From: Octopus sinensis | Taxonomy: Eukaryota | Length of the DNA stretch: 64,000 nt | Reading direction: 5' to 3' | Assembly: GCF_006345805.1 (NCBI RefSeq) | Contig: NC_043012.1 | Coordinates: 41,788,001 to 41,852,000, forward strand | Shown here: piece by piece, positions 1 through 14,673 of the stretch | How the letters are laid out: each line of letters begins with the position of its first letter | How positions within the stretch are numbered: position 1 is the first letter of the stretch | The notes under the pieces: model-generated | Told to the model about the DNA's origin: nothing | Database searches by the model: none | The model's input: only the letters and a program-made list of their open reading frames with translations | Translations under genes and position numbers: made by a program

Positions 1-54
1 TACATACACACATACGTACAGACAGATAGATACATATATGTATACATATATATA

Positions 55-3000
55 CCTAATGGTTCTGATCCTAAATACGGATGCATAAAAGGCAATGGAT
101 GCACCTTATTCCATCCTAAACTGTGCCAAATTTCTGTCTCACAAAGGATGTGCCTGAACCCAGAATGCAACCACCACCATCTGAAGAGCACAAAACGATC
201 ACAGAATAAATATAAACAGGAACAGAGGAAATCTAGGATAACAACAAGAACAAAATACAACCACGTTTCCCCTCCCACAATCAAACAACGTAGACAGAAC
301 CATGAAAAAACACCAAACAACGCCAACATGAAATATGTATCCTCTGACCAAGTGGCAAACCAAACAAGTAACTCTTTTTTACTGACATACCTAGAAAATA
401 TGAAGGCCGACCTAAGCCAGGAGATCCAGCGAGCTATCACCAACCATCTATGCAAATCACAAGGACCACTCACCCATTACCAACTTCCCTTACCTCGACA
501 TTCCTGTTAAATGTACGTGGCATCAACCCATCAATTATTGCCCAAAAATGGAAGATCCCATATATAGAGAGTTGGCTTGCCGAAATGGCACATTGCTTCC
601 CTTTCTTTATCCTTACCGAGACTCACCTGAACAACACCCATATGGACGCAGAGGTGAAAATAAAAGATTTCACCATTGTTCGTGCGGATCGCACAGACCG
701 AAATAAGGGAGGGACAGCCATCTTTATCCATGACTCCTTTTCACTTGATGCCAAGACATATTTTCCAATGGCTACTGTGAATCGGTATCACTATACAACA
801 AAGCCAAGGACATAACCATTGTTGGTCTTTACAGGCCTCCCCAGGCACCTCTAAAGTACTTTGAAGAGTGCCTTAGCAAAGTCAAGTCCTTCCTTCGGAA
901 GTACCACTCCGAAACATACTAGTGATGGGTGATTTTAACCTCCCTCATGTGAACTGGCCCACAAATACTCTGAAGTTAGGCAAGTGCTCTACATCAGATA
1001 GAGCAGCAGCAGAACTGCTCTTTAATCTGATGGATGAGTATTTCCTGACTCAGCTAGTGCTTGAACCAACGAGACAGAATAAAACGATCTTGGATCTGGT
1101 ATTGACCAATCACTCTAGCTACGTTCACAGTATTTCAGTCGAAAAAACTCTCCTCTCAGACCATGACATGGTACTCTGCAATCTTAATTCCCGACATATA
1201 AAAACCAAACCAGCCAATCCCACTCCATGGCACCCATTTGACCACATAAACTTCCACAAAGCGGACTGGGTAACAATCAGAAAGGATCTATCTTCCATCG
1301 ACTGGTCTTTTATTCTCAATTCCTCTCATATTGAGACCGCGTGGCAGCACTTTGAAAACATTGTCACCTATACATGCTCTAAACACGCTCCCAAGAAATC
1401 TACTAACACAAACAGAAATCGGCTCCCTAAAAAGAAAAAAAACACTCATCAGGCGCATCAAAAGACTCAACAAAAAAATCAACCAATTAAAATATTCTCA
1501 CACACAACATCCACATTCAACAACAATGAAAAGACTAGAGCTGGAAAAACTTCATCTGCAGACCAGCATGAAAACCTCCATTGAAAATTAAAGAGCTGTG
1601 GAGGAACAATGGGTAATCAAAAACATCAAACAGAACCCAAAAGTGTTCTATTCTTATGCAAATAAGCATAGAACCACTGTCTCACCCATTGGGCCATAGA
1701 TTGATGATAACGGCATTCCCCAACACGATGCTAAAGAAATGGCAGAAATACTGCAGAAACAATACTGCTCTGTCTTTAGTGTTCCCACTGATATTGACGT
1801 AAGGGAAACGAACGAAGTTGACTCCCAACACAAAATCTCAGACATAACCTTCACTGCCACTGACATCGTAGCAGCAATAAATGAGGTCCTGATAGATTTC
1901 CCGCTAGTCTCCTGAAGGGATGTAGATACCAACCTCTAGAGAAATTCGTTAGACGCAGGTTATATACCGAAACAGTTTCTATCCCAGTCGGTCATCCCGG
2001 TTTTCAAACAGGGAAACAGATCCCTCGCAGTCAACTATCGCTCAATCTCACTCACCTCCCACATCATTAAAGTGTTTGAAAGAGTGTTAAGATCAAGGAT
2101 AGCTGACTTCCTGGAGACCCACAAACTCCTAAATGCAAATCAGCATGGCTTTCGCGTGGCAGGGACTGTCTAACACAGCTCTTACACACATTGAAGATGT
2201 ACTCAAGCCTTGGGAACAGGTTCGAACTCTGACGTCATATATCTTGACTTCAGTGAAGCGTTCGACAGGGTAGACCATAACATCCTACTCTCAAAATTGG
2301 CAAATGTTGGAATCCGTGGAAAAGTTCTACACTGGATTAAGTATTTCCTGGCGAATAGAACACAACATGTTGTAGTTGATGGAGTCCACTCAAACCCAGC
2401 AAAAGTCACCAGCGGTGTTCCCCAGGGAACTGTTTTGGTCCGCTACTCTTCATAATTTATGTAAACGACCTTTCCAGTGTCGTACATTACTGCAAAGTGA
2501 AAATATTTGCTGATGACACTAAGCTCCAGCAAATCGTCAATGAAGAAGCAGACCGAACTCAACTCCAGTCTGATCTATATGCTGTGAGTCAATGGGCAGA
2601 CAGAAACAAAATGCAACTGAATGAGGGAAAATTTGAGCTGATGCATTTTGGAAGAAATTCCTCACTAAAACAACCATACTCTCTTCCTTCAGGGGAACCG
2701 CTCACAGCCTCTAACAATATCAGAGACCTGGGTGTAATTGTTGATGACGATCTCAGTTGGAGTGCACACATCAACAAGAAGGTCGATATAGCTCGTAGGA
2801 TGAGTTCCTGGATCTTAAGAACTTTCCGGTCCAGAGAACAAGGTGTCATCATACCACTTTCTTCCTCCTTTGTACGGCCACACCTTGAATACTGCTGCCC
2901 ACTGTGGTCTCCTCACACAAGACAAAACATCTCCAGAATTGAGTCACCCCAGAGGGCACTCACTAAACAAATTGAAGGCATGGCTGCTCTCAAGCCTTGA

Positions 3001-3520
3001 AACTTTACTCCCTCCAGCGTCGCCGTGAGCGGTACATCATTTGTACGATGTAGAAAATATACCGCCAACTTTGCCCAAACGACCTAAACATTAGCTTCAA
3101 GGTTCATCCAAGACTTGGACCACGGGCTATACGTCCCCTGCCCAATTCAAGATCACAACATACATGTACACTGCAACATAATTTCTTTTCCTCAACAGGC
3201 CCTGCCCTATTTAACATTGTCCCGAGGGAGATCAAAGAGGAAAAGGATCCCATCAACTTTAAACAGAGTCTGATAGATTCCTTCAAAGAATACCAGATAA
3301 TCCACCCATAATTGGATACAACCACTCCAACAAAAACTCACTACTTGAACAAAACTGGATACAACTCACCCAACAAGAACTCACTACTTGAACAAAACTT
3401 GACTTAAACAAAACTTGACTTAAACAGGATTCGAATAATCCTATCAGGTGGTGCTATTAAGTTAGACATGGCCTGGACCAATCTTTGGTCGAAACATATC
3501 TAAGTTTATCTAAGTTTATG
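55..3520 (+). mobile_element. CR1/L2-group non-LTR retrotransposon, 5'-truncated and frameshifted (ORF1 end, APE endonuclease, RT, 3'UTR)
   Basis: APE motifs LNVRG, LTETHL, MGDFNLPHVNW, TILDLVLTN, SDHDMV (450-1170). RT motifs NYRSISLTS, QHGFR, YLDFSEAFDRVDH, SGVPQGTVL, KIFADDTKL, RDLGV, FVRPHLEYCCPLWSP (2030-2920). Many stops and frameshifts. Short tandem tail (ctaagtttat)x2 near 3500. Confidence 0.9.
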
Positions 3521-4070
3521 TAAGCACGTATGTATACATATATGCTACACACGCGCAGACACAGATATGTATATGTGTGTGTATATGTTTGTGTGTACAG
3601 ATATATATATATATATATGTACCTATGTATGCATTGTGTATGCATGCATCTGAGCATTTTTATTCTTATAGGTAATGGAATGTATTTAAGTCGGCAGAAT
3701 TCTATTCGCCACCGTGGATCATTTCAGTTGTTCTGAGTGACCGCTTCGCTCCTGTCGTCGTTCCTCGTCGATTTATATAGCAACCATTCACGACGTTAAC
3801 AACTGCTTTAAACTAGTAACTGCTTTTAAACCGCAGTACCTGAGGTATCGAGAAGTTATCGAAACATCCAGATCTTTTCAAGGTAGCTGTTCGCAAATAT
3901 TCTATATTATCCTGGCGTAACATATATGCGAGTCATTCTTCCCGTATGGTAAATTTACATAAACAGAAAGTCAAAGCACCGCCTACTTGCTAGGTCATTG
4001 TGCACTCTCAGTGATTAATTAATTCAATTACATAAATAAGAATTGCATTGACCAGTTTCATGTGCATCTA

Positions 4071-4138
<68 letters not shown>

Positions 4139-4397
4139 CGTGCATGTATGAATGTTGAAATAGTTTTTACATTTGCATAAACATGGGAAACGAAATAGTT
4201 CGTTTGCGCACTCATACGAACGCAAACACAGATATACGTGTAATGTATATGTGCACACACACATATGTATTCGTATGCGTATGTGTGTGGGTATGTATGC
4301 ATGCATATATATATGTATGTATCTATATCTATCTGTCTGTCTGTCTGTCTAGACAAACAGACAGACAGATAGATATGCATGTAAAAAATATAGATAC

Positions 4398-4483
4398 GTG
4401 AGGTTTCGGGTTCAGTCCCCCTGCGTGGCACCTTGGGCAAGTATCTTCAGCTATAGACTCGGGCCAACCAAAGCCTTGTGAAT
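4398..4483 (+). mobile_element. Octopus-type tRNA-derived SINE fragment
   Basis: B-box-like ggttcagtccc followed by ctgcgtggcaccttgggcaag...gggccaaccaaagccttgtg; same family as 18210 and 41941. Confidence 0.8.
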
Positions 4484-4622
4484 GTGTGTATATATATATA
4501 CTATATATATTTAATAAATAAAATATATGCATACATACATACATACATACATATATGTACGTACCTACATCTACATATATATACATGCAAATATATATAT
4601 ATATATAATATATTATATATAT

Positions 4623-4665
<43 letters not shown>

Positions 4666-4679
4666 ATATATATATATAT

Positions 4680-4714
<35 letters not shown>

Positions 4715-4919
4715 TACAGGACACCACAAATAAACGTAGAACTCAACGAGAAACGAAAACATAAAAACAAACTAGGATACGGACTTTTTTAACAACGAAA
4801 AAACAGAGGTACAAGACAAACAATACAAGCTGTCCCTGGTTCGATTCAATGCGTGTTTCGAAGGTAAGGACAGAACAGGATCCGGTCGAATCAGTCCTTC
4901 CTGAAAAAGAATTAAATAG

Positions 4920-5003
<84 letters not shown>

Positions 5004-5010
<7 letters not shown>

Positions 5011-5910
5011 ATGTAGAGATAGTAGTCCCCCTCATCCCACCATATAAAAAAATTTTAATTTAATACTTACTACTCATTTCTGCTATACGTGTTTTTCTTG
5101 AGGTTCTTTTACGGTTCCTTAAGCACGCAGTGTTTTACACGAACATTTCTTAAAATGCAGCCCCAATCATCAGGCCTCTAAATAACTTTATCATAGTTCG
5201 ATACCAAATATTATATTTTAATTTTAACAGATAAGTATGCGTGTGTGTAAATAGATTCGTCGGACCTTATTGTGCAAGCCATAATTTAATTTAAATAAAA
5301 AATATAAAATAAAATAGTAAAACAATTAAAAAATTACAAAAACTAAATTCTCACGTAAAAAAATTTAAAAATTACAAAAACTAAATTCTCACGTAACTTA
5401 TGTTTGTAAACATTCATATAAAATTAATGATCTGTAGGGATAAAAATAAAATATATACTTGTGATGATATAATAATGAAAGCAATGACAATATATTCGAA
5501 TAAAAAACTATAGTTAAAAGTGGACATACGCATGTACGAATGACAAAATGCAAAAAGAAAATTTACAAATTGGTTTTGCAATTTTTTTTTTTACTTTTTT
5601 ATTTAAAAAATTTTTTATTTGAATTAAATTATGGCTTGTACAATAAGGTCCGACGAATCTATTTACACACACGCATACTTATCTGTTAAAAGAAAAATAT
5701 AATATTTGGTATCGAACTATGATAAAGTTACTTAGATGCCTGATGATTGGGGCTGCATTTTAAGAAATGTTCGTGTAAAACACTGCGTGCTTAAGGAACC
5801 GTAAAAGAACCCCAAGAAACACGTATAGCAGAGAAATGAGTAGTAAATATTAAATTAAAATTCTTTTATATGGTGTGATGATGGGGACTACTATCTCTAA
5901 ATAACATATA
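5004..5910. repeat. ~900-bp foldback element with ~290-bp inverted arms in (TA)n
   Basis: 5004-~5295 (tatgttatgtagagatagtagtcccc...) is the reverse complement of ~5620-5910 (...ggggactactatctctaaataacata), with scattered substitutions. Confidence 0.9.
5737..5830 (+). ncRNA. Type-I hammerhead-like motif with long stem II (one stem-III mismatch)
   Basis: TGC-CTGATGA-TTGGGG...CCCCAA-GAAA-CACGTA-TA-GCA; stem I is only 3 bp. Confidence 0.55.
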
Positions 5911-6009
5911 TATTTTCTCATTGAGAATAATTTGAACCCCTGTGATGCTGGAATTTCTATTCCCTAATAAATAAAATAATATATATATAGCGACACACAC
6001 ACTTTAGAT

Positions 6010-6057
<48 letters not shown>

Positions 6058-6464
6058 GACCCTTGGAAGTTGTAATTATCCAAACGAGGCGTGATCTTCT
6101 AGCTACTCGTCAGGCCAAAGATATCTTTTTACAATTGAATCTCCTGTGAGCCAACATAGGATCCTTTGACGATAGTGTTAACTTATTTTGATTAAGGTAT
6201 CTTTGGCGCAACGTGTAGCTAGCAAATGCTCCTGGTTTGGGTAGTCACTGCTTCCGTGGTTCTGTTAGCTATGAAGCATATATAGCCTGGATTTTGTCTA
6301 CTCCATTCCTAAAATTTAGACTTTTATTCGCATATACAGCAACTCTTGCTGCTAATCGTAAGCTATAAAACAACTTTTTCACCTTTATCGAACTTCTTAC
6401 ACCTTGATCCTTGGATTTAACTTTACATATGTTATATTTTGTATATCACATATGTTATATTTTG

Positions 6465-6526
<62 letters not shown>

Positions 6527-6649
6527 TATTATTTATTGTATATATTATACATACATACAAACAAACATATATATATTACATTATATCATATATATATATG
6601 GATGTATATAATTGTATATATATTACATTATATTATATAAATGCATATG

Positions 6650-7440
6650 GCAGTATGTTTTCTATTTTTAATTATTTGAAGTCTTACCTACAAGTAAGGA
6701 GCTGGTTTCTAACAAAGGTACAGGCACCAGCTTTGCAATGTAGAAAACAGAAAAAAATTCCTCTTCTATACTTTACAAAATTCTTGCTCTTCCAAAAATC
6801 AATCAGATGATTGATCTCGTTTGCTGAAAACCCTAGCTTATCTTGCTTATCACTTGGGTGATTACTCACAAAACCAAGTGCAGCTGACCTCTATGATGGT
6901 ACATACTTGTTTATTGTTTGTATGTTTTCAATTGTTAGAAAATTTGATGGGAATGTCCCGCCAGTATTCTTTGTGCTGATGTTTATGCGTATATTCAATC
7001 ACTGTGGGTTTCTCTATACTTATCCCAGTGCAGTTTTTATCGTATAACATTGTATTTTGTTTATATAAATTGTATAGATGTTTGTACTTGTGTATGCATG
7101 TATGGCTGCATGTATGTCTGTGTGTATCTGTGTGAATGTATTTTCTGTAGAGTTAATTCTGTCCAACGACCACCTGGTTGGTAAGAATATTCTGAAAGAG
7201 AGCATCTTGTTCCCTTCATCATCCTTTAAATCTTAAAAAGCCCTTGCAGATTTTTGTAGTCCCAGATATCACGATCATTTGTACTGTATAAATTCAGGAG
7301 TTGCATTCTCTCTCCAAGAACCGAACCTGAGCCATACTTTTCTCCAGATGGGTGGCGGGTTGGTACGTCATCTGTTGCTGCAATAATAATAGGTACGAAG
7401 CTGGATTGGGGACTGGATTCTCAAACTCCTTACTAGTGGT
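6650..7440 (-). mobile_element. Decayed RLE-type non-LTR retrotransposon C-terminal fragments
   Basis: Minus-strand KLGFSANEINHLI and ...GTTKICKGF; same C-terminal signature as 43715-43990. Confidence 0.5.
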
Positions 7441-7961
7441 CCATTGGCGTTCCTTTTCTATATGTATGTATGCATGTAAATATGTGTATGTACGTATCCA
7501 TATATATATGTGTGTGTAGGTACGAATGTATGTATGTATGTATGTATGTATGTATGTATGTATGTATGTATGTATGTATGTATGTATGTATGTATGTATG
7601 TATGTATGTATGTATGTGTTTGTTTGTTTGTATGTGTGTGATCTATAATGAATTTCTTCCTTCATCGTAACACGAGGTTCAGGATTGCGCCGCTCACAGA
7701 ATGAAGAAAATGTAAGCTCAGACATTGGTATTTCCAGTTTGAAGCAGATTAGAAAGAATGTTGTGGACATTCAACACATGCACGCATTAATACATAAACA
7801 CATACACACACATGTACACTTATACATATATATATATACACACACAAATAAGACATGAGAATGTATTGCGTTTGTTTCCCATGCACTGTGTATGGCGAGG
7901 CATGTTCTCAAGACAATGGGAAACCTATGTTACTATTTATATATTCATACACACACATACC

Positions 7962-8009
<48 letters not shown>

Positions 8010-8384
8010 ATATATATATATATATATAAATGTATATCTGCAAGGGTTGTTGATGATTGTAATTTCATTGCCCAAAACGAGAATAGCACACGTATAACAC
8101 CAATCGAACAAACTATTCGTATTGCTAAAAATAGAGCACACATGTCTAAAACAAGGATGGAACCACGTGCCGTAAGGGACTGGTTTCAGTCAATCGTAGC
8201 CAATATGTAAAGGGATCTTAATAAAGAGGAACGTCCACGTGTTGTTGCTTGTCATCACAGCATCTTCCATATTAAAAAGTGTAGCATGATTGAGGAGAAC
8301 AAAGCAGATAAATACTTGGTATTTTTAATGGTATGTTCCAAAGTTTCATGAAAAGATTTGGATACATTGTGTTAGATGTCCGAT

Positions 8385-8650
8385 TCATGAGCGCCAACCC
8401 AGTCTATTTGGCCATGTCACTCCATTTTCCGAATTAAAATCTGCTTTCCGTGTTCTCGTCATTGCGGATCCAGCTAGGTTGACGGCTTATGTCGACCGAT
8501 CACAAGTCACATGGTCACGACAGACGAGGAGGTATCTTGCGGAGATGGGAACGGACTGGCACTCTGCTTGACGAGTCACCTTGGAATATACCGAAAAATG
8601 GTGACTACCTTGACGCGCTGCAACAGCGCATGCCCCAACACCTGACCTGA
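8385..8650 (+). mobile_element. RTE-clade LINE 3' fragment
   Basis: Translates RQPSLFGHVTPFSE...DPARL...SWS-like...RYLAEMG, resembling the RTE ORF C-terminus (RQLRLFGHV...). Confidence 0.55.
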
Positions 8651-9909
8651 TGTGGAGTCCCCAAGCAGAGAGTTAATACAAGGGCGATAATCATTCATCA
8701 TATCTGACTGGATTAGAAAGTTGAATAAGGAATAAAATTCATAGATTACACATATTTATTTATTTATTGCCTACTTAGTAATTTCATAGGATTTCTAATC
8801 CGTGGTAATCGTGTACACCACTGTTTCGTACGTTTGGAAAATAAGCATCTGTTTATATTCCTTTTCCCTCTCTGTTAAGCATTATCTTGGAAATACTAAA
8901 GAAGGAAAGAAGCAAAACCATAATAAATCTATCGTGTATTTGGAATACAAAAAAAATATTGTTGATCGACAGATCATCTGCGATGTTTCGCTGACAAATA
9001 ATACGCACACTTCTTGCCAACAGAACTAAATGGAAGATAAAATAGAAAAAGTTTCCTATTGCGAAATGTGACATCAGAACAAAGGAACTGCAACATCAAC
9101 AATTCAGTCAAAACCAGAGTTTATACAGAATGTAGAGGATATTCAATAAGAATCTCAGAAATTCTCTGCAAGGTATGGGTTCATTCTGAAGGTAAATTGT
9201 AGTCAGTACAACGAATTTAACCAGGATGTAGTGTGGCTAGAAGAAATCCAAAAGAAAAATTGTTCTTGCATTACGCGAAAATCACGGAGTATCATTCTTG
9301 ATAACACGGAAATTGTGACCGGAAAAGGTCAGGAAAGGGAAGCCCCAGGATGGGATTAATTGTTACGTTACCTACTGTTGAATATCGATGATATCTTATC
9401 AACCTCTACAGCAAATTATAAATAGGTGTCAGTATTTGGTATATTCTTATTAAGTTTTAATATTTACAAGATATGCTTCTCCTTATACTTTATTTTAATC
9501 TCTACGTAATTCGACTCTAGTAACGTATAGAGTATTAGCTTTAGCTCCTTCCTTAACTAGAGAGTTTATAGTGAGGCTACATCTGGTAGACGTACTTTAC
9601 AGTAGCAAGTCATTACACATATACATTGCGACGAATATCTTCTGTAAGAAGTGAAACTAGTTTGTATTTATTTAATTCTGGACTCCAGAGTTTTTAATTA
9701 TGTATTTTGAAATTATTTGCGTGTAAAAATACATGTTGCAATCGGTAATCTTGAAATCATTTGATTGTGATAGTCTATTTTGGATATGACATGAAATAAC
9801 GTATTCTAAAGTTGGATTGTGATAATTTGTTCTTCAATGCATATGGTATTTTGAAATGATTTAGGGGTAGTAATATACTTTGGAATTAATTAAAAAGGAA
9901 AAACGCATG

Positions 9910-11148
<1,239 letters not shown>

Positions 11149-11149
11149 C

Positions 11150-12365
11150 ATTGTCATTTACTTTTAAACTGCATGTTTGATGCAATCACCTGCCAGGGCA
11201 CACCCAGCGCCCTAGGGCAAGTGAAGGTTAAGAGTTGTTGAAATATAGCTGAAAGCTTGTGGAGGGGAAGTAGAGATATATCTCCATGTAATGCAAACAC
11301 AAACATTTACATTGATAGGGTTTTTCTAAGGATGTGGGCAGTACTTGTTAGCACAATCTTTTGGATTTCCTTGAGATATGGTTTTCCAGGGATATTGTCT
11401 AGGTGTTTCTGACATCCCTTTTTTATCATACCTAGGGCACCTACAATAACAGGAACAGTTTTTGTTTTAAGATTCCACATCCTCTGTATTTCGATTTCCA
11501 GGTCCTTATATTTACTAAGTTTGTCAAATTCCTTGACAGATACATTTTTATCAGTGGGGACGCTTACTTCTATTAGTCTGCAGGTATTTTCTTCCCTGTC
11601 TTTAACAATTATGTCTGGTCGATTAGCCTTGATCGTTCTGTCAGTGTTGACTGGAAAATCCCAGAGGATGGTGACATCTTTACCTTCAACAACTGGCTGA
11701 GGATGGTGTTCATACCAGTTAGCAGGAGTGTCGGATTTGTAGTGTTTACATATCTTCCAATGTATATACTGTCCTACCCTATCGTGGCGATTTTTGTATT
11801 CGTTTGGTGTCAGCACAGGACATCCCGAAACGAGATGGTCTATCGTTTCGTCAAATGTGTCGCAGAATCTGCATTTAGGGTCAGTACCGTTTCGGAGAAC
11901 GTTAGCCTGGTAATTTCTGGTAAACAAGCTTTGATCTTGTGCTGCCATTATGAAACCTTCAGTCTCTGCTTTCAATCCAGAGCTCTTCAGCCACTGATGG
12001 CTTGTTGCTTGGTCTACATCAGCATTTTGGCTTCGGAGAATATATTGTCCATGCAGGGGCTTCTGGCTCCACCGCCTCTCAATTTGATTCTGCCCGTTCT
12101 TTTTTGCAGTCTGCTTGATTCGCTTTGCTTGCTTGGTAGCAGTGGTTTCCGGCTCTTCATCTGATTCAAGGTTAATGTCTAGTTCCCTTTCGAACTTATA
12201 AGCTTCCTTGACAATAGAATGTAGCTTTTTGCTGCTTTCGTGTTCGCACACAAGTCGCAGCATCCAGTCCTTTGTACTAGATAGGTACCTGTTCATTCCT
12301 ACAGTAGAGGTCTTATAGCACATTAGGTACCTGTTCATTCCTACATTAGGTACCTGTTCATTCCT
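11150..12365 (-). mobile_element. R4/Dong-like RLE LINE (family B), 5'-truncated, C-terminal ORF intact
   Basis: ORF 11307-12338 (343 aa): CRFC...ETIDHLVSGC, RHDRVG, WDFPVNTD...RPDIIV...IEVSVP...KLSKY. Distinct 3'UTR ending in the (TAA)n at 11070-11150. Confidence 0.95.
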
Positions 12366-12366
12366 A

Positions 12367-12438
<72 letters not shown>

Positions 12439-12445
12439 CATTATC

Positions 12446-12483
<38 letters not shown>

Positions 12484-12513
12484 ATTATTATTATTATTAT
12501 TATTATCATTATC

Positions 12514-12589
<76 letters not shown>

Positions 12590-12594
<5 letters not shown>

Positions 12595-13610
12595 TCAATT
12601 TTACTTCTCAGTGTCCTCGAATTTATTTGCTGTGGTTAATTCAATAAAAGCAACAGGTTACTACCTGTTGTCAAAGGTCTCACAGGATCTCCTTTAACGA
12701 TACTTGACACCCAAGGACCAATCTCAAAATCCTCACTATCCTCAATGGAGAGTAGTTTTCTGAGCCTGTCCTACCCTCATGTCAATTCCAATTTCTCCAG
12801 CATATTTCTCAAACCTGGCTGTTAATGCTCCCAATGTCCCGACAACTGCTGGGAGGACACTTACTCTCTTCATTGCTCACATTCTTGTAATTTTCTCTTT
12901 TGGTAGCTTATATTTTATCATCTTTTCCAGCTCTTTATCACCTACGCATGTGTTCTCAAGTATGACAATATCTATGATCCGTTTCCTTCTTCCTTCCAAT
13001 CCACTACAACAATGCCTAATCTCCGATCACCAATTAGTGTATCACATTGGATGGTTCATGTTCCTACGATTTCCCTGTTCTTTCAAGACTATTTTGCTTC
13101 TATCTTTTCTATTCCTTTTCGCCCGGTTTGCTACACTTACTCACAATATGTAGATTGCTTCGTTTTTACTGCTACACATCTATTTGGAACTTGGCCTAAT
13201 TAATTTTCTTGTTCTTGGGCGCTGCATATCAATGCCTCAGTGCATCCTTTCATATCACTCTTCCTTAGCGACCTCCAGGCGTTTAGTTTAGTCTTGTCTT
13301 TCCTTCAATTTCTCTGAGGGATTACCCATGCATCGTTTTCACTTTTCAGATGTTTAACTGTTGCTCTCCATCTCGTCTCTTAAATGGTTTTGGTTGTGTC
13401 ACACTTTCAGTATGTGACAAAGCGTTAATCTGCTAACAATCTTCTAATAGCGACAAAGCTCTTTTCTTCGTTGACAACACTGATTTGTATCTTATGAGGC
13501 TCTTCCTCCCTTCTATCTTGACACATACAGTCTATCGGTGTTCTTCAACATTTGGTAGTTTGAGACAAATTTCTACGGCATCACATGATACACCTCCGTG
13601 TTGTTGGGGT
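12590..13610 (-). mobile_element. Decayed R4/Dong-like RLE LINE (family C), copy 1
   Basis: Broken minus-strand frames: KGCTEALICSAQEQ, IIDIVILENTCVGDKELEKMIKY, PAVVGTLG. Confidence 0.8.
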
Positions 13611-14312
13611 GTGTGCAGCATTATGTTCTTTTCTGTTGGGAGTGCACAAACTCTTCCTGTGTTAGTTTTTTTTGTCTTGTGGTGTTGTGCAGTCTTTTGT
13701 TGTTTTACTATATTGTGTGTTGAGTGTGTAATGCGTTGGTTTTCTAGCTTGCTGATGGAAGTTTATTTCACTGGATAATTGCTGTATAGAGTGGGTCTTG
13801 TATTTGTGGGTTGTTTTGTTTAGGTTGTATTATTGAATTGATAGTGTCTTGCGTAGGATGTGGAATGTTCCTAGCAGGGCTATTTTTTGAATGGTGTGTA
13901 GTGTTGAGGATCCAGGTACAGCCTCTACGTTTTTGTTCATGTGTTTTTATTATCAAACCCAATGCTCCAATTATTATTGGTATTGTTTTTACCTCCATGC
14001 CTCACATTTTGAATACTTTAATTTCGAGGTCTTTCTACTTTGGCAGTTTCTCCACTTGGACAATATTTTGATCAGAAGGGACTGCAATGTCTATCAGTAA
14101 GCAGGTGTTTTTTCCCGGTACTTGACTATTATGTCTGGACGATGAGCTTTTATTTCTTTGCCAGTTTGAATCGCCATTTCACAGATGATTGTGGCCTGGT
14201 CGTTATCCTGTGCCTTGACTGGCATATGCTTATACCACTTATTATCAGTTTTGATGTTGTAATGTTGGCATATTGTCCAGTGGATATAACTGTTCACTTG
14301 GTCGTGTCTGCA
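13610..14312 (-). mobile_element. Decayed R4/Dong-like RLE LINE (family D), copy 1
   Basis: ORFs 14094-14297 (YIHWTICQHY...HRPDIIV) and 13768-13998 (PIIIGALG). Confidence 0.8.
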
Positions 14313-14384
<72 letters not shown>

Positions 14385-14388
<4 letters not shown>

Positions 14389-14492
14389 TAGTTTTATTTT
14401 TATAGCGTGCTTTCACTTCACTACCGAGCGCAGCTCTGTGTGCCTTGGGTATGTGCTGTGATTTGTTGTGATGCTCTGATGGTTATTGTATG
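14385..14492 (-). mobile_element. 3'UTR-only copy of RLE family A between TAA tracts
   Basis: Near-identical to 10060-10155 (tatagcgtgctttcacttcactaccgagcgcagc...gttattgtatgg). Confidence 0.9.
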
Positions 14493-14540
14493 GATTATTA
14501 TTATTATTATTATATTATTATTATTATTATTATCATTATC

Positions 14541-14578
<38 letters not shown>

Positions 14579-14610
14579 ATTATTATTATTATATTATTAT
14601 TATCATTATC

Positions 14611-14673
<63 letters not shown>

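Noticed and set aside
6057-6400. Coding-like unique stretch (also 8020-8380)
   Set aside because: Interrupted by stops in all frames and no family recognised.
9070-9260. Tc1/mariner transposase relic (KPEFIQNVEDI)
   Set aside because: Only one short motif resembles it; too decayed to support.
12283-12368. Short direct repeats as a CRISPR-like array
   Set aside because: No unique spacers, eukaryotic context, and the sequence is LINE coding sequence.
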